Positions 37,357-47,575 of a DNA stretch of 64,000 nt are shown piece by piece (positions within the stretch are counted from its first letter, which is position 1; every line of letters starts with the position of its first letter). The position numbers were made by a program, and so were the translations under genes. This stretch comes from Polyangiales bacterium (GTDB lineage Bacteria > Myxococcota_A > Polyangia > Polyangiales > Houyiibacteriaceae): NCBI GenBank assembly GCA_045106895.1, contig JBGCFM010000024.1, positions 64,001-128,000 of the forward strand. Reading direction: 5' to 3'. The notes beneath the pieces are model-generated. The model was not told the origin of the DNA. It ran no database searches and saw only the letters and a list, made by a program, of their open reading frames with translations.

Positions 37357-38460
37357 ATGAAGCACTTCGACTACATCTACTACGGTACACGTTGTGATGC
37401 GGCCGAAGTGGAGCGCTTCATGGACCACGTCTGGATGACGAACCAGAAGGTGGAGGACGCAGGAAAAAGGCAAACGCCGCTTTGTATTTGGGGGCGTCAC
37501 GGCATCGGAAAGACGGACCTCGTCGAGGCAATGGCGAAAAAGTACGGAGCGGACTTCGTCGCCATCGCGCCAGCCCAGTTTGAAGAGATGGGCGACCTGA
37601 TGGGCATGCCTGTGGTGGTTGGCGAGGGTGAATCGACGCGCATGGCGCCGCCGGATTGGGTGCCTCGTAGCGAAGGCCCGGGCGTGTTGCTCATCGATGA
37701 CGTCAACCGCGCCGATGACCGAATTCTGCGTGGCCTGATGCAGCTCTTTCAGAACTACGAGCTCGCCGGCTGGTCACTCCCACGACGCTGGCAGATCGTC
37801 ATGACCGCCAACCCCGACGGCGGCGACTACTCCGTGACGCCCATGGATGACGCCATGCTGACGCGCATGCTGCACGTCACGATGCGCTTCGACGTCAAAC
37901 GTTGGGCTGCATGGGCCGAGAGCGCAGGAATCGATCCACGCGGCATCGCCTTCGTCCTGACCTACCCAGAGGTGGTCAGCGGCGAGCGAAGTACGCCGCG
38001 TACCCTCGTCCAGTTCTTCGAACGCATCGCCGGCATCAAGGATCTCCGCGCGGAGCTAGACCTCGTCACGATCCTCGGCGAGTCGTGCCTCGACAAGAGC
38101 ACGGTCTCAGCGTTCATCGCTTACGTTCAACAGAACCTTGAGGACCTCGTCGCACCCGAGGAGATCCTCAAGGGCGCGCCCCAGGTTGAGACGAAGCTGC
38201 GTCGCTTGATGTCTGACGATCCTCCTCGCGTGGACATTTTGGCGGCGATCTGCACGCGTCTCCACCATCACCTCACGACGCGAAAGAAGGCGCTCGACAA
38301 GAGCGAGCTTGAAGGGCTTCGGAGCTTTCTTGTGTCGGATTTGCTGCCGAAGGACATGCGCCTCGCGGCTCTCCAAGAGCTCACCGCGTTGCCTGCGAAG
38401 CTCGGCGTTAGTAAGCTCCTTGGCGACCCCGAACTCGCTCGTCTGCTCCTGGCGCGCTAG
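37357..38460 (+). CDS. MoxR/dynein-related AAA+ ATPase
   Basis: Walker A GRHGIGKT, PPDW, Walker B LLIDDVNRA, TANP, MLTR, TPR. Confidence 0.85.
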   Translation: MKHFDYIYYGTRCDAAEVERFMDHVWMTNQKVEDAGKRQTPLCIWGRHGIGKTDLVEAMAKKYGADFVAIAPAQFEEMGDLMGMPVVVGEGESTRMAPPDWVPRSEGPGVLLIDDVNRADDRILRGLMQLFQNYELAGWSLPRRWQIVMTANPDGGDYSVTPMDDAMLTRMLHVTMRFDVKRWAAWAESAGIDPRGIAFVLTYPEVVSGERSTPRTLVQFFERIAGIKDLRAELDLVTILGESCLDKSTVSAFIAYVQQNLEDLVAPEEILKGAPQVETKLRRLMSDDPPRVDILAAICTRLHHHLTTRKKALDKSELEGLRSFLVSDLLPKDMRLAALQELTALPAKLGVSKLLGDPELARLLLAR

Positions 38461-38463
38461 CTC

Positions 38464-39639
38464 ATGAGCTTGGCGGATTGGCGAGGGCTCTTCGACCAGG
38501 CGTCGCGCACGCTCTTGGTGAGAGAGCCTTTCTATGGACACCTGCTCGTGGGGCTCAACAAACGCGCCGCGGACATGCAGTGCCTCGTGCGGCTCGCGCC
38601 GAGCGCGCGGCAGGTGCTCTTTGAGGTGAACGCGCCGCGCTGGATCGAGGCGAGCAACGAGCAGCGCCTCGCGGCTCTTCGTCACGAGCTAGTCCACCTC
38701 ATCTTGCGTCACCCGCTACGTGCGAAAGAGAAGCGAAACGCGCAGGTCTGGGGCATGGCGTGCGACCTCGTGGTCAATCAGCTCGTCGACACGAAGGATC
38801 TCGAGGCGCCCTTGACTGTGGAGAATGTTGAGCTCCCCGGCGGCCTCCTCGCCGACGAGTACTACGCACTTCTTTTGTCCATCGAGGAGCGCCGTTGCTG
38901 CGGCGAAAGTTGCGCAGGCGGCTCCAAGATCAATGAGTGGTGCGAAAAGAACGGCGCCCGCTCAGGAGCTCACTCGCGCTGGCAGGACTTCGCGGATCTC
39001 CCTTCTGGAACGCTTTCCGTGCTCGACACCAACGTCGAAGACCTTCTCAAGGTGGTCGTGAAGCGCACCCGCACGCGCAGAAAGTCCTGGGGCTACTTGC
39101 CCGGCCGTCTCGTCAGCGTGCTCTCGGAGCTGGGAGCACCGGCGCAGTTGCCTTGGCGCCGTCTTTTGCGCCTCTTCATCGCCCAGAGTGGCCGCACTCA
39201 GATTCGAAGCACCTTGAGTCGTGCGTCTAAGCGCTATGGAACCGTTCCCGGAACCAAGGTGCGGCGACGTCACCTGTTGACCGTGGCCATCGACACCTCC
39301 GGGAGCATTGCCGACGCCGACCTTGAGGTCTTCTTTGCGGAGATCTACGCGATCTGGCGGCGCGGAGCGACGGTGCAGATCGTCGAGGCGGACGCGGCGG
39401 TGGCGCGGACTTACCTCTACAAAGGCGTGACGCCGAAGGCCGTGGTGGGCCGCGGAGGCACGGACTTCAACGCTGCGATTCGCTGGTCGAATGAACATCG
39501 TGCAGACGGCCTGGTGTACTTTACGGACGGGCACGCGAGTCGCCCCCACGTGAAGAGTCGCTGCCCTTTGCTTTGGGTTGTCACGGAGGATGGTTCCACG
39601 GATGTGTTGCCGGGACGCACGGTTCAGCTGAGTCTCTAG
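38464..39639 (+). CDS. DUF2201-type metallopeptidase + vWA-like protein
   Basis: HELVH zincin motif, ACDLVVNQ, DTSGS MIDAS, GRGGTDF, FTDG. Confidence 0.88.
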   Translation: MSLADWRGLFDQASRTLLVREPFYGHLLVGLNKRAADMQCLVRLAPSARQVLFEVNAPRWIEASNEQRLAALRHELVHLILRHPLRAKEKRNAQVWGMACDLVVNQLVDTKDLEAPLTVENVELPGGLLADEYYALLLSIEERRCCGESCAGGSKINEWCEKNGARSGAHSRWQDFADLPSGTLSVLDTNVEDLLKVVVKRTRTRRKSWGYLPGRLVSVLSELGAPAQLPWRRLLRLFIAQSGRTQIRSTLSRASKRYGTVPGTKVRRRHLLTVAIDTSGSIADADLEVFFAEIYAIWRRGATVQIVEADAAVARTYLYKGVTPKAVVGRGGTDFNAAIRWSNEHRADGLVYFTDGHASRPHVKSRCPLLWVVTEDGSTDVLPGRTVQLSL

Positions 39640-39664
39640 GAGTTGAAGCATTGAGAGGATCACA

Positions 39665-41980
39665 ATGAACCCTTGGGAAGACACAAAGCGCGTTCGCGCG
39701 GCGAACTCTCGTGAGCTCATCGATACGCTCGACGTGACCTCGGCGGCTCACGTAGATACATGGCTTGCTTTGAAGCCCGACGAACGCGCATCGCTCTTGG
39801 CCGACCGCGGCCTCGCAGCGAAGGTCCATGAGGCCGCCGGCTACGCGCTACGCGTGCGCCAAGATGTTGCCCTTCCACTCTTCGACGACCTCCTCGAAAC
39901 CGGCGTCGCGAGCTATATCAGCGATGCGCTCTGGGCTGTGACGCCGGCCCATACAAAGTTGCCTTTCGACGAAGCGCGGTGTCGCCGCTACATCGCCGCG
40001 GCGGAGGGGCACGCGCACAGCTTGGGCAAGCGTGGGTGGTGGATCGCTCGGCTTTACAAGCACCTTGGTGACGTCGACGGATGCATCGAGGCGCTGCGGA
40101 AGAGCAAAGCCCGGGGCGAGGACATGACGGAGCCGCGTGACGCGGAGCTGTTCCGTGATCTCTGGTCCAACGAGGAGTTCGCCGCGATCTTTGCCGATAT
40201 GGAGCCCACTGTCTGGAATATCGGGTACGACGAGGCGCTCCCTACCGAAGACAAAGTGCCCTTTGTTCGAAACCTTCAACTCCGGCGTCCCGGAGCTATG
40301 CCGGAGGGCGTTCGCGCCTTCGTGCACTTGGAGACCTTCACGTTTTATGGCGAGGCGACGACGCTTCCCGAGTGGCTTGTGGAGCTGACGAAGCTACACG
40401 AGCTGAAGAACGTGCCCTTCGAGATGACCAAGGTGTCCCATTCGGTTTTGAGCATGCCTTCTCTGCGGGTGTGCGAACTTTATGGGCAGCTCCCGAAGGG
40501 TTACGACAAGAACGCCATCAAGCAGCTCGTGGCGAGCTTCCACAAAGACGATGTCTCCCAAGAGAGCCGCTTGAGCTACCTCGATATCCTCGTCGGGCAC
40601 GGAAAAAAGTCCAGCGACGCGCAGCTCGTGGACGCGCTTGGTTCGAGCGCCACGAAGCTCTCTCGCGTCGCGCAGACGCTCCTTGAGGCGCGTTGGAAGT
40701 CTCGTCGTTTCGCGTTGAAGAGCGGCGCCGAGATCGTCGTTGGCGGACGCATCGCCGAACGAAGCGTCATCAAGGACCGACTCGAACGTGTCGGCGTGAA
40801 GATCAAGAAGAAGGTGAGCAAAAAGACCATCGCCGTCGTTCTTGGAGCCAAGCACGCAGGAAAATTCGCGACGGACGAGGTTCCTGTGTTTCTCGAGTCT
40901 CATCTGCACGCGGCGCTCGACGCCGTGGACAAGCGCGCTCTGGACGACGCCCCCGCGGAGTCGGCGGAGCAGCTCTCGGAGCTACTCATGTCCACCGACG
41001 AGAGCAATGTGCGCGTCGCCCTCGAGATGATCAAACAAGGCGGCAAGCCCGAGGGGCTCCTCGAAGAGCTCCTGCTCATCGCTCAGTATCCGGAGTTTGA
41101 ACGCAAGCTTCGCAATCGTGCGAAGACTCTCTTTGAGCGCCACGCGGGCGCAGAGTCCGTCGCTGCCGTTCGCAAGAATCTCGCGCGAACGAGCTTCTTC
41201 AACAGCGGGGAAACCAAGCTTGCGAGGCGGTTGGCGGCCATCGGCAAAGGCTCCGCTGGCACCATCGACGCGATGCGCCTGGCCACACTTATGTACGAGC
41301 GCTCGGGCGATGGGCTGAAGTTCCTTCTGAAGAATACAAAAAAGCCAGCGCTTCGAAGGGCGCTCTTGGATGCACGCTGCTCGGGCAACAAGCTCGACCT
41401 CTCGAAGCGCGAGCTTCCTCGCATTCCCGACGAGATCGCGGAGCTGAGCGGTCTTCAGGAGGTCGACCTTGAAGGCAACCACATTATTGAGCTGAACCCC
41501 GCACTCTTTGAGCTCGGCGCGGTGAAGATGCTGAATCTCTCGGAGAATCGGCTTCGTCATATCCCCGAAGGCATCGCCTCGATGCGCGAGCTGCAAACTC
41601 TCTGGCTCGGGGGCAACTGGTTCACCCACTTTCCGCACGCACTCACTCAGTTGAGTGGACTCCGGGAACTCGGCTTGTCGAGGGAATACGGGGCGCTCAC
41701 GTTGGTGCCGCTCATCGAAGAGATGGCAGCTATGATGTCGCTGGAAGCGCTGCACCTGCGCAACCATGTCTTGGAAGAGCTTCCCGTGGCGATGAGGAGC
41801 CTCCCGGCGCTGAGGGTACTGGACCTTCGAGGAAGCACCCTGGCTCAGGTACCGACATGGCTCGTGGAGATGCCCGCCCTCAAAGAGCTGAACGTCGAGT
41901 ACCTGAAGTCGGAAAACGGAGATGAAGCCGAGAGCATCTACGATGCCCTCGGAGCGAAGGGCGTGCAGGTGACCCGCTAG
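39665..41980 (+). CDS. Leucine-rich-repeat protein with central BRCT-like domain
   Basis: LxxLxLxxN repeats (LQEVDLEGNHI, LNLSENRL, LWLGGN); IVVGG...KVSKKTIAVVLG BRCT-like segment. Confidence 0.8.
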   Translation: MNPWEDTKRVRAANSRELIDTLDVTSAAHVDTWLALKPDERASLLADRGLAAKVHEAAGYALRVRQDVALPLFDDLLETGVASYISDALWAVTPAHTKLPFDEARCRRYIAAAEGHAHSLGKRGWWIARLYKHLGDVDGCIEALRKSKARGEDMTEPRDAELFRDLWSNEEFAAIFADMEPTVWNIGYDEALPTEDKVPFVRNLQLRRPGAMPEGVRAFVHLETFTFYGEATTLPEWLVELTKLHELKNVPFEMTKVSHSVLSMPSLRVCELYGQLPKGYDKNAIKQLVASFHKDDVSQESRLSYLDILVGHGKKSSDAQLVDALGSSATKLSRVAQTLLEARWKSRRFALKSGAEIVVGGRIAERSVIKDRLERVGVKIKKKVSKKTIAVVLGAKHAGKFATDEVPVFLESHLHAALDAVDKRALDDAPAESAEQLSELLMSTDESNVRVALEMIKQGGKPEGLLEELLLIAQYPEFERKLRNRAKTLFERHAGAESVAAVRKNLARTSFFNSGETKLARRLAAIGKGSAGTIDAMRLATLMYERSGDGLKFLLKNTKKPALRRALLDARCSGNKLDLSKRELPRIPDEIAELSGLQEVDLEGNHIIELNPALFELGAVKMLNLSENRLRHIPEGIASMRELQTLWLGGNWFTHFPHALTQLSGLRELGLSREYGALTLVPLIEEMAAMMSLEALHLRNHVLEELPVAMRSLPALRVLDLRGSTLAQVPTWLVEMPALKELNVEYLKSENGDEAESIYDALGAKGVQVTR

Positions 41981-42031
41981 TACGTGCGCGCGCCGATGCG
42001 ATCATGCTAGGTCGCCGAGGGGGGACTGAGG

Positions 42032-42634
42032 ATGATTCGTTTCGAATGCCGCGTTTGTGAGTCCGCGCTCTGGCTCTCTGAGGTCGGCGCTTGGCTGTGC
42101 GGCGAGCCTTTCTGCAACGCGGTCTGCTCAGCGCAGATCGACGAAGCGATGCTTCGGCAGAAGACCCCAAGTGTCGAAGAGCACCGGCAGGCGCTGCCAA
42201 AGTTGATCGGCGACGCCGGCATCTATGTGCGGCAGGTTTCGGACTACGCCGCGTCGTTGATGCAGCATCAGCTATCCGCGGAACGAAATGTGAAGCTGGG
42301 TCGCGCGGCCGCGTCTCTGGCGTTTGGTGGCATCCCTCTCGTCGTAGGCACAGCGATCGCGAACAACAACATCGACGGCGAGCTCGAACGTGCTCGCCAA
42401 CCACTCTGGGACCAATTCGCGCACCTAGGCATGCTCATGAAAGACGTCGTGCGTCGCTCGATGGCTCTGCAGCAGGCGGGTTATCCGATGGCGCCGACGC
42501 TCGTCCCGGCGGTGCAGAACACAGATCGTCTGGACCCGGACGACCCGTGGAACGCGAATGATCTTCTCCAGCAGATCTTCGCCGACCTGGAACAAGCCTA
42601 CCGGGTCGTTCTGCCGTGGTCCGCGGCCCCATGA
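42032..42634 (+). CDS. Hypothetical protein with N-terminal Cys cluster
   Basis: CRVC...CGEPFCNAVC; GAGG RBS. Confidence 0.6.
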   Translation: MIRFECRVCESALWLSEVGAWLCGEPFCNAVCSAQIDEAMLRQKTPSVEEHRQALPKLIGDAGIYVRQVSDYAASLMQHQLSAERNVKLGRAAASLAFGGIPLVVGTAIANNNIDGELERARQPLWDQFAHLGMLMKDVVRRSMALQQAGYPMAPTLVPAVQNTDRLDPDDPWNANDLLQQIFADLEQAYRVVLPWSAAP

Positions 42635-43098
42635 CGTCGAGAGAGACGTTTACGGCGACGGTTCCCAGCAACAGCGGGCGGGCCGAGACAAAGCTTCGTT
42701 TTACCGAGCTTGGTTCCGAGGTGTTGGAACTGAGCTTCACCTTTGTCGGGACGAGCTGGGCGAGTGACAGTTCGGACTTCACGGAGGAGCACGGCGCGCA
42801 TGGAGGACCCGTCAGGTGTTCGAAGGCGTCCGTTCTTGAGCTCGGCGCGGGGCTCGAGCGCTGGCTCGAGAGCGGTGAGCTCTTTTCCTGGGATAGTGGC
42901 GCTGAGGGCTCGCTTTTGACGCTCTCGCTGTGCCGGCCGGAAGGCCTGATCACGCGAGTCGACAAACCCGCGTTCGCCGGCACGTATCGGAACTCTGGGG
43001 GCTTCCGTTCCTCGTGGATTTACGTGGTCGACCAAAGCTGCCTCCGAGCCGCTGCCGCGGTGATCCAAGAGGTGGCTGCTCCACGGCAGGTCCATTGA
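42631..43098 (+). CDS. Hypothetical protein
   Basis: ATGA overlap with the upstream gene. Confidence 0.5.
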   Translation: MTSRETFTATVPSNSGRAETKLRFTELGSEVLELSFTFVGTSWASDSSDFTEEHGAHGGPVRCSKASVLELGAGLERWLESGELFSWDSGAEGSLLTLSLCRPEGLITRVDKPAFAGTYRNSGGFRSSWIYVVDQSCLRAAAAVIQEVAAPRQVH

Positions 43099-43129
43099 GA
43101 ACAGCACTAGCCGCCCTCGCAGTATCTAG

Positions 43130-43750
43130 CTAGTACACGCGGGCGGCGCGCCCTCGCATGCGTCGCGCGGTGGTGACGCTGGCGATGAAGCCTGAAAGCC
43201 CGAGGAGGATCCCAGCGAGGCCTCCGCGGCGGTTGGTGTCGGGGTTAAGCACGCGTCCGCTGGCGCCCGCATCATAGTAGAAAAGACCGACCACTCCGCC
43301 CAAGAGGCTCACCACGGACATGACCCGGGCGAAAGTACGAAGCCCCCGGCGTTCGGGGACGACGACCCAGCGCTGCCTTTGCGCTTCCGGAGCGATGGGG
43401 ACGTCGACGCCTTCGACGGACAAAAGCACGGGCCGGTCGATGACCAAGCGACAAGGGGTCGTGCAGAGCGAGTAGCGGTTGGCATAGCGCTCCCTGTGGA
43501 GCTGGTTTCGGTGGAGATCCACGCCTTGCTCGACATCGATGTCGGTGAGCGCGAAGACTTCATAGGCTTCGTCTTGGCTGCGGATCTCCACCGCGTTTGA
43601 GTCGGTCTCGCGGGGCGTCTCATGCCTTTCAGCGAGGGCCCGCCGCGCTGAGTTCACACCGCTCACTCGGGACGGCTGCGCCGAGGCGAGGGAACTGGCG
43701 CAGAGCACGAGGAGAACAACTGCCGATCTTGAACTGACGAGCATACGCAC
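43130..43750 (-). CDS. Secreted/membrane hypothetical protein
   Basis: Signal peptide, LCTTPC motif, two C-terminal TMs. Confidence 0.6.
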   Translation of the reverse strand: MRMLVSSRSAVVLLVLCASSLASAQPSRVSGVNSARRALAERHETPRETDSNAVEIRSQDEAYEVFALTDIDVEQGVDLHRNQLHRERYANRYSLCTTPCRLVIDRPVLLSVEGVDVPIAPEAQRQRWVVVPERRGLRTFARVMSVVSLLGGVVGLFYYDAGASGRVLNPDTNRRGGLAGILLGLSGFIASVTTARRMRGRAARVY

Positions 43751-43813
43751 ACGTCGTACTACAGATACAGCGACTGTCAGCTGCCTGCTGCTGAAAGTGT
43801 TCGTCGAAGGCGC

Positions 43814-45235
43814 TCAGCCGCCGGGGGCGACGACCAAGAAGTAGTACGCGGCGCCGCCGGCTCCTGCGAGAAGCAGCAGAAGGAAGATCCAAAGGCCCGC
43901 GCCGGACTTCTTTTTGGGAACGACGAGCTCCGGCTCAGGTTCCGGCGCCGCGGGTGGCGGAGGTGCCAGGCTTGGTGGAGCGAGCTGTGACGCGAGGTCC
44001 ACGACTGGATTGCTCGGGCTGGAGTCGTCTTCGAGGTTTGCGAGGCCCTCGATGCCGGACTCACGCCACTGGCCGTCTTCTGGGCTGGCGGCGGTGTCGA
44101 GGGCACCGTGCACATCGTCGTCGCCGCTAAACCAGTCTGCAGGGTTCTCAAAGAGACCAGCGTCCAGAGGCATCGCTCCGTCGGACACGGCGTCGGGGCT
44201 CGCTTCTTTGCCGAGGTCGACTTCGTCCATGTCATCCAGGGATGTGAAGCGGAAGAGCTCCTCCTTGATGAGCTTGTCGATAATCGACTGCTGCTTGCTC
44301 GAGGTCGGCGCGCTCGCCCCGGTGTCTTCGTCGAGGGTGGCTTTGACGAGGTTGGCGATGTCGTAGGACGTCACCTTCATCTGGTGGCCGAAGAGATAGC
44401 CGGCGAGGGCGTCGCCAAAGTCGCGGGCGGACTGGAAGCGTTCGTTGGGATCGCGGCTCAGGCCCTTGGCCAAAAGCGCCTCGAAGTCCGCGTCGACCTC
44501 TGGGCGAATGCGCGAAATGGAGGGCACGTTCGCCTCTTGGACGAGCTTGACGGTCTCGTAGTCGCTCTCGCCAAGGAAGAGTCGTCGTCCCGCGAGCATC
44601 TCCCAGAGCACGATGGCGAGGGCAAAGACGTCGGCGCGGGCATCGACGGGGGTGCCTTCGGCGGCCTCCGGCGAGAGGTAGCTGAACTTGCCTTTGACGA
44701 CGCCGGGGTCCGTCTTCTCAAGCTGTGTGGTCGCCTTGGCGAGACCGAAGTCCGTGACCTTCACCTCACCGCGCTTCGAGATGAGGATATTCGGCGGCGA
44801 CACGTCGCGATGAACCAGGTCCATCTCGTTGCCGTCTTCGTCGAGGAGCTCATGCGCGTAGCTCAGGCCACGGCAAGCTTCCATGCAGAGGTAGATGGCC
44901 TCTTTGACCGGGAAGGAGCGGCCGAGTTGGCGCAGCACTTCCATGATCTTCTTGAGGTTACAGCCATCGATGAACTCCATGACGATGAAGAACGTGCCGT
45001 CGGCGGCGCCGATATCGAAGACGCTGACGATGTTCGCATGGCTGAGACGCGCACCAAGACGTGCCTCATCGAGGAACATCCCGATGAAGTTTTTGTTCTC
45101 CGCCAAATGGGGCAGAACGCGCTTGATCGCCACGCGCTTTTTGAAGCCCTGGACGCTCTGGGCCTCGCCCACAAAGACTTCGGCCATGCCGCCGGCTTCG
45201 AGGCGTTTTGTGACGCGGTATCGTTGTTCGGTCAT
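43814..45235 (-). CDS. Hanks-type Ser/Thr protein kinase, C-terminally anchored
   Basis: AGGMAEV, VAIK, HRDVSPPN, DFG, GKFSYLSPE all intact. Confidence 0.93.
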   Translation of the reverse strand: MTEQRYRVTKRLEAGGMAEVFVGEAQSVQGFKKRVAIKRVLPHLAENKNFIGMFLDEARLGARLSHANIVSVFDIGAADGTFFIVMEFIDGCNLKKIMEVLRQLGRSFPVKEAIYLCMEACRGLSYAHELLDEDGNEMDLVHRDVSPPNILISKRGEVKVTDFGLAKATTQLEKTDPGVVKGKFSYLSPEAAEGTPVDARADVFALAIVLWEMLAGRRLFLGESDYETVKLVQEANVPSISRIRPEVDADFEALLAKGLSRDPNERFQSARDFGDALAGYLFGHQMKVTSYDIANLVKATLDEDTGASAPTSSKQQSIIDKLIKEELFRFTSLDDMDEVDLGKEASPDAVSDGAMPLDAGLFENPADWFSGDDDVHGALDTAASPEDGQWRESGIEGLANLEDDSSPSNPVVDLASQLAPPSLAPPPPAAPEPEPELVVPKKKSGAGLWIFLLLLLAGAGGAAYYFLVVAPGG

Positions 45236-45482
45236 CGTGTAGGTTCGCGTGCGCGAATCGCTGGGGATTGTCCGACGCATACCCCACAACGTCAAGGAAC
45301 CTTCGGGTTTGAAGTGCTCTTGTTTGTGGAGTTGGAGACATCCCCTTCCACAAATGAAACCCGCGGGTTGGTTTGAGGCGACTTTGAAGCGAAAAGACGC
45401 CGATTGGTTTCCTGGAGGAGAAACCTATTCCCAGAAAGAAAGCGGGATTGCATTGCTCGTGGGTCCTTGCTTAGGTGGCGGC

Positions 45483-46154
45483 GTGCCACGCAAACCAGTT
45501 CGCATCGCTCCTTCGATTCTCTCCGCAGACTTCGGCCGCTTGGCCGAAGAGGTGAAAGCCGTCGATGAGGCCGGAGCGGACTGGATCCACGTCGATGTCA
45601 TGGATGGCCATTTCGTGCCAAACCTGACCATTGGTCCTGTGGTCGTCGAGGCTGTCCGGAGGGCTTCGGGCAAGCCCCTCGACGTTCATTTGATGATCGA
45701 AGAGCCCGGCCGGAGCGTGGAGGCTTATGCAAAAGCTGGCGCGGACACCATCACCGTCCATTTGGAGGCCTGCACTCATCTTCACCGGGTTCTCCAACAG
45801 ATCCGGAGTCTTGGAAAGCGCGCCGGGGTTTCCCTGAACCCCCACACGCCTGAGGATGGGCTTCGCTACGTGCTGCCCCTCATCGACAATATCCTCGTGA
45901 TGAGCGTGAACCCCGGCTTTGGCGGGCAGTCGTTCTTGCCGGATGTTCTCCCCAAGATAGCTCGCATTCGTGCGATGCTAGACGAAGGAGGGCATGCAGC
46001 AGACTTGGAAATAGACGGCGGAATCAAGGTCGGGACAGCACGCCAAGTGTGTGAAGCTGGAGCAGACGCCCTCGTCGCCGGTTCAGCCATCTACAAGACC
46101 GATGACTACGCCAAGTCCATCTCAGCCATCCGCGCCGACGCGGATGCGGCATAA
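45483..46154 (+). CDS. rpe: Ribulose-phosphate 3-epimerase
   Basis: IAPSILSADF, HVDVMDGHFVPNLT, MSVNPGFGGQ, DGGI. Confidence 0.96.
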   Translation: MPRKPVRIAPSILSADFGRLAEEVKAVDEAGADWIHVDVMDGHFVPNLTIGPVVVEAVRRASGKPLDVHLMIEEPGRSVEAYAKAGADTITVHLEACTHLHRVLQQIRSLGKRAGVSLNPHTPEDGLRYVLPLIDNILVMSVNPGFGGQSFLPDVLPKIARIRAMLDEGGHAADLEIDGGIKVGTARQVCEAGADALVAGSAIYKTDDYAKSISAIRADADAA

Positions 46155-46177
46155 GTCAGGCATGTGAACAGCAATGA

Positions 46178-47572
46178 GTGACAGCCTTCATGAGTAGCGA
46201 TAGCCCAGGACTCACCACTATTTTCGTCGACCGCAAGGCGACGAAGAAGCGACTGCGAAAGGCGAAGCTCGCCATCATCGACGGTCCAGACCGCGGCAAA
46301 GAGCTGGTCATGGAGCGGGAGCGCGTCACCGTTGGCCGCAGCGTCATCTGCGACCTGGTCCTCGCCGACAAGGCCGTGAGCGGAACCCACTGCGAGTTCA
46401 TCGCGGACGAGAAGGGCTTCTTGCTGAAGGACCTTGGTTCGACGAATGGCACCAAGGTGGGCGACCTGAAGATTCGCGAGGTTTGGATCCGTAAGGGCAC
46501 CGTCGTGACCGTCGGCCAAACGAAGATTCGTTTCGAGTCGCTGCAGGAAGAGGTGGAGATCGACCTGAGCCGGGAAAACCGTTTCCACGAGCTCATCGGC
46601 AATAGCGTTCGAATGCGCGAGATCTTCGCTGTTCTTCAGAAGGTCTCGACGACGGATCTGACGGTGATGATCCGGGGCGAAACTGGCACAGGCAAGGAGC
46701 TGGTGGCGCGCGCGCTTCACCAGGGCAGCCCCCGTGATGAGAAGCCGCTGGTCGTCCAGGACTGCTCGGCGATTCCTTCGAACCTCATCGAGAGCACCCT
46801 CTTTGGCCATGAGCGTGGCGCCTTCACCGGCGCCTCGGATCGTCATCGGGGCAGCTTTGAGCAGGCCGAAGGTGGCACGATCTTCCTCGACGAGATCGGC
46901 GAGCTGGAGATGTCTCTTCAGCCGAAGCTCCTGCGCGTGTTGGAGAATCGCGAGATCAAACGCGTCGGTGGGGACAAGGTGATCCCGGTTAATGTGCGCG
47001 TTGTCGCAGCGACGAACCGTGACCTGCGCCAGATGGTCAACGATGGCACCTTCCGCGAGGACCTCTACTACCGCCTCAGCGTGGTTCAGGTGGAGCTGCC
47101 GCCTCTTCGCGAGCGACCAGAAGATATTGTGCTGCTGCTCGAGTCTTTCCTCGAAGACTTCGCTCGGCGCTCGTTCCCGGGTGAGGACAAAAAGTACACC
47201 GTGACGAAGGATGGCCTGGCGCGACTCCGCTCCTACCCTTGGCCTGGAAACGTTCGTGAGCTGAAGAACACCGTGGAGCGCGGCGCGTCCCTCGCAGACA
47301 GCGACGAGCTCGGCGTGCGTGACCTCATGCCGCTCTGGCAGAAGACACCACCGGTGTCCGTGCCCGGCGGCAACGTGGAGCAGTTCGTCGAAGACGAGGT
47401 TCCGTTCAAAGAGGCGAAGCAGAAGGTCCTCGACGTCTTTGAGGCGAACTACCTCAAGATCCTCCTCGAAAAGCACGCCAACAACATCACCCGAAGCGCC
47501 CAGGCGGCGGGACTCACGCGTTATCATCTGCGTGAGCTCGCCAAACGTTACGGCATCCGCGACAAGACCTAA
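46178..47572 (+). CDS. FHA-domain sigma54-dependent transcriptional activator
   Basis: FHA (VGR, VSGTH, DLGSTNGT), GETGTGKE, GAFTGA, WPGNVREL, C-terminal HTH. Confidence 0.93.
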   Translation: MTAFMSSDSPGLTTIFVDRKATKKRLRKAKLAIIDGPDRGKELVMERERVTVGRSVICDLVLADKAVSGTHCEFIADEKGFLLKDLGSTNGTKVGDLKIREVWIRKGTVVTVGQTKIRFESLQEEVEIDLSRENRFHELIGNSVRMREIFAVLQKVSTTDLTVMIRGETGTGKELVARALHQGSPRDEKPLVVQDCSAIPSNLIESTLFGHERGAFTGASDRHRGSFEQAEGGTIFLDEIGELEMSLQPKLLRVLENREIKRVGGDKVIPVNVRVVAATNRDLRQMVNDGTFREDLYYRLSVVQVELPPLRERPEDIVLLLESFLEDFARRSFPGEDKKYTVTKDGLARLRSYPWPGNVRELKNTVERGASLADSDELGVRDLMPLWQKTPPVSVPGGNVEQFVEDEVPFKEAKQKVLDVFEANYLKILLEKHANNITRSAQAAGLTRYHLRELAKRYGIRDKT

Positions 47573-47575
47573 GCC

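Noticed and set aside
46157..46173. GG-N10-GC upstream of the sigma54 activator
   Set aside because: Poor match outside the dinucleotides (AGGCATG...CAGCA); likely chance.
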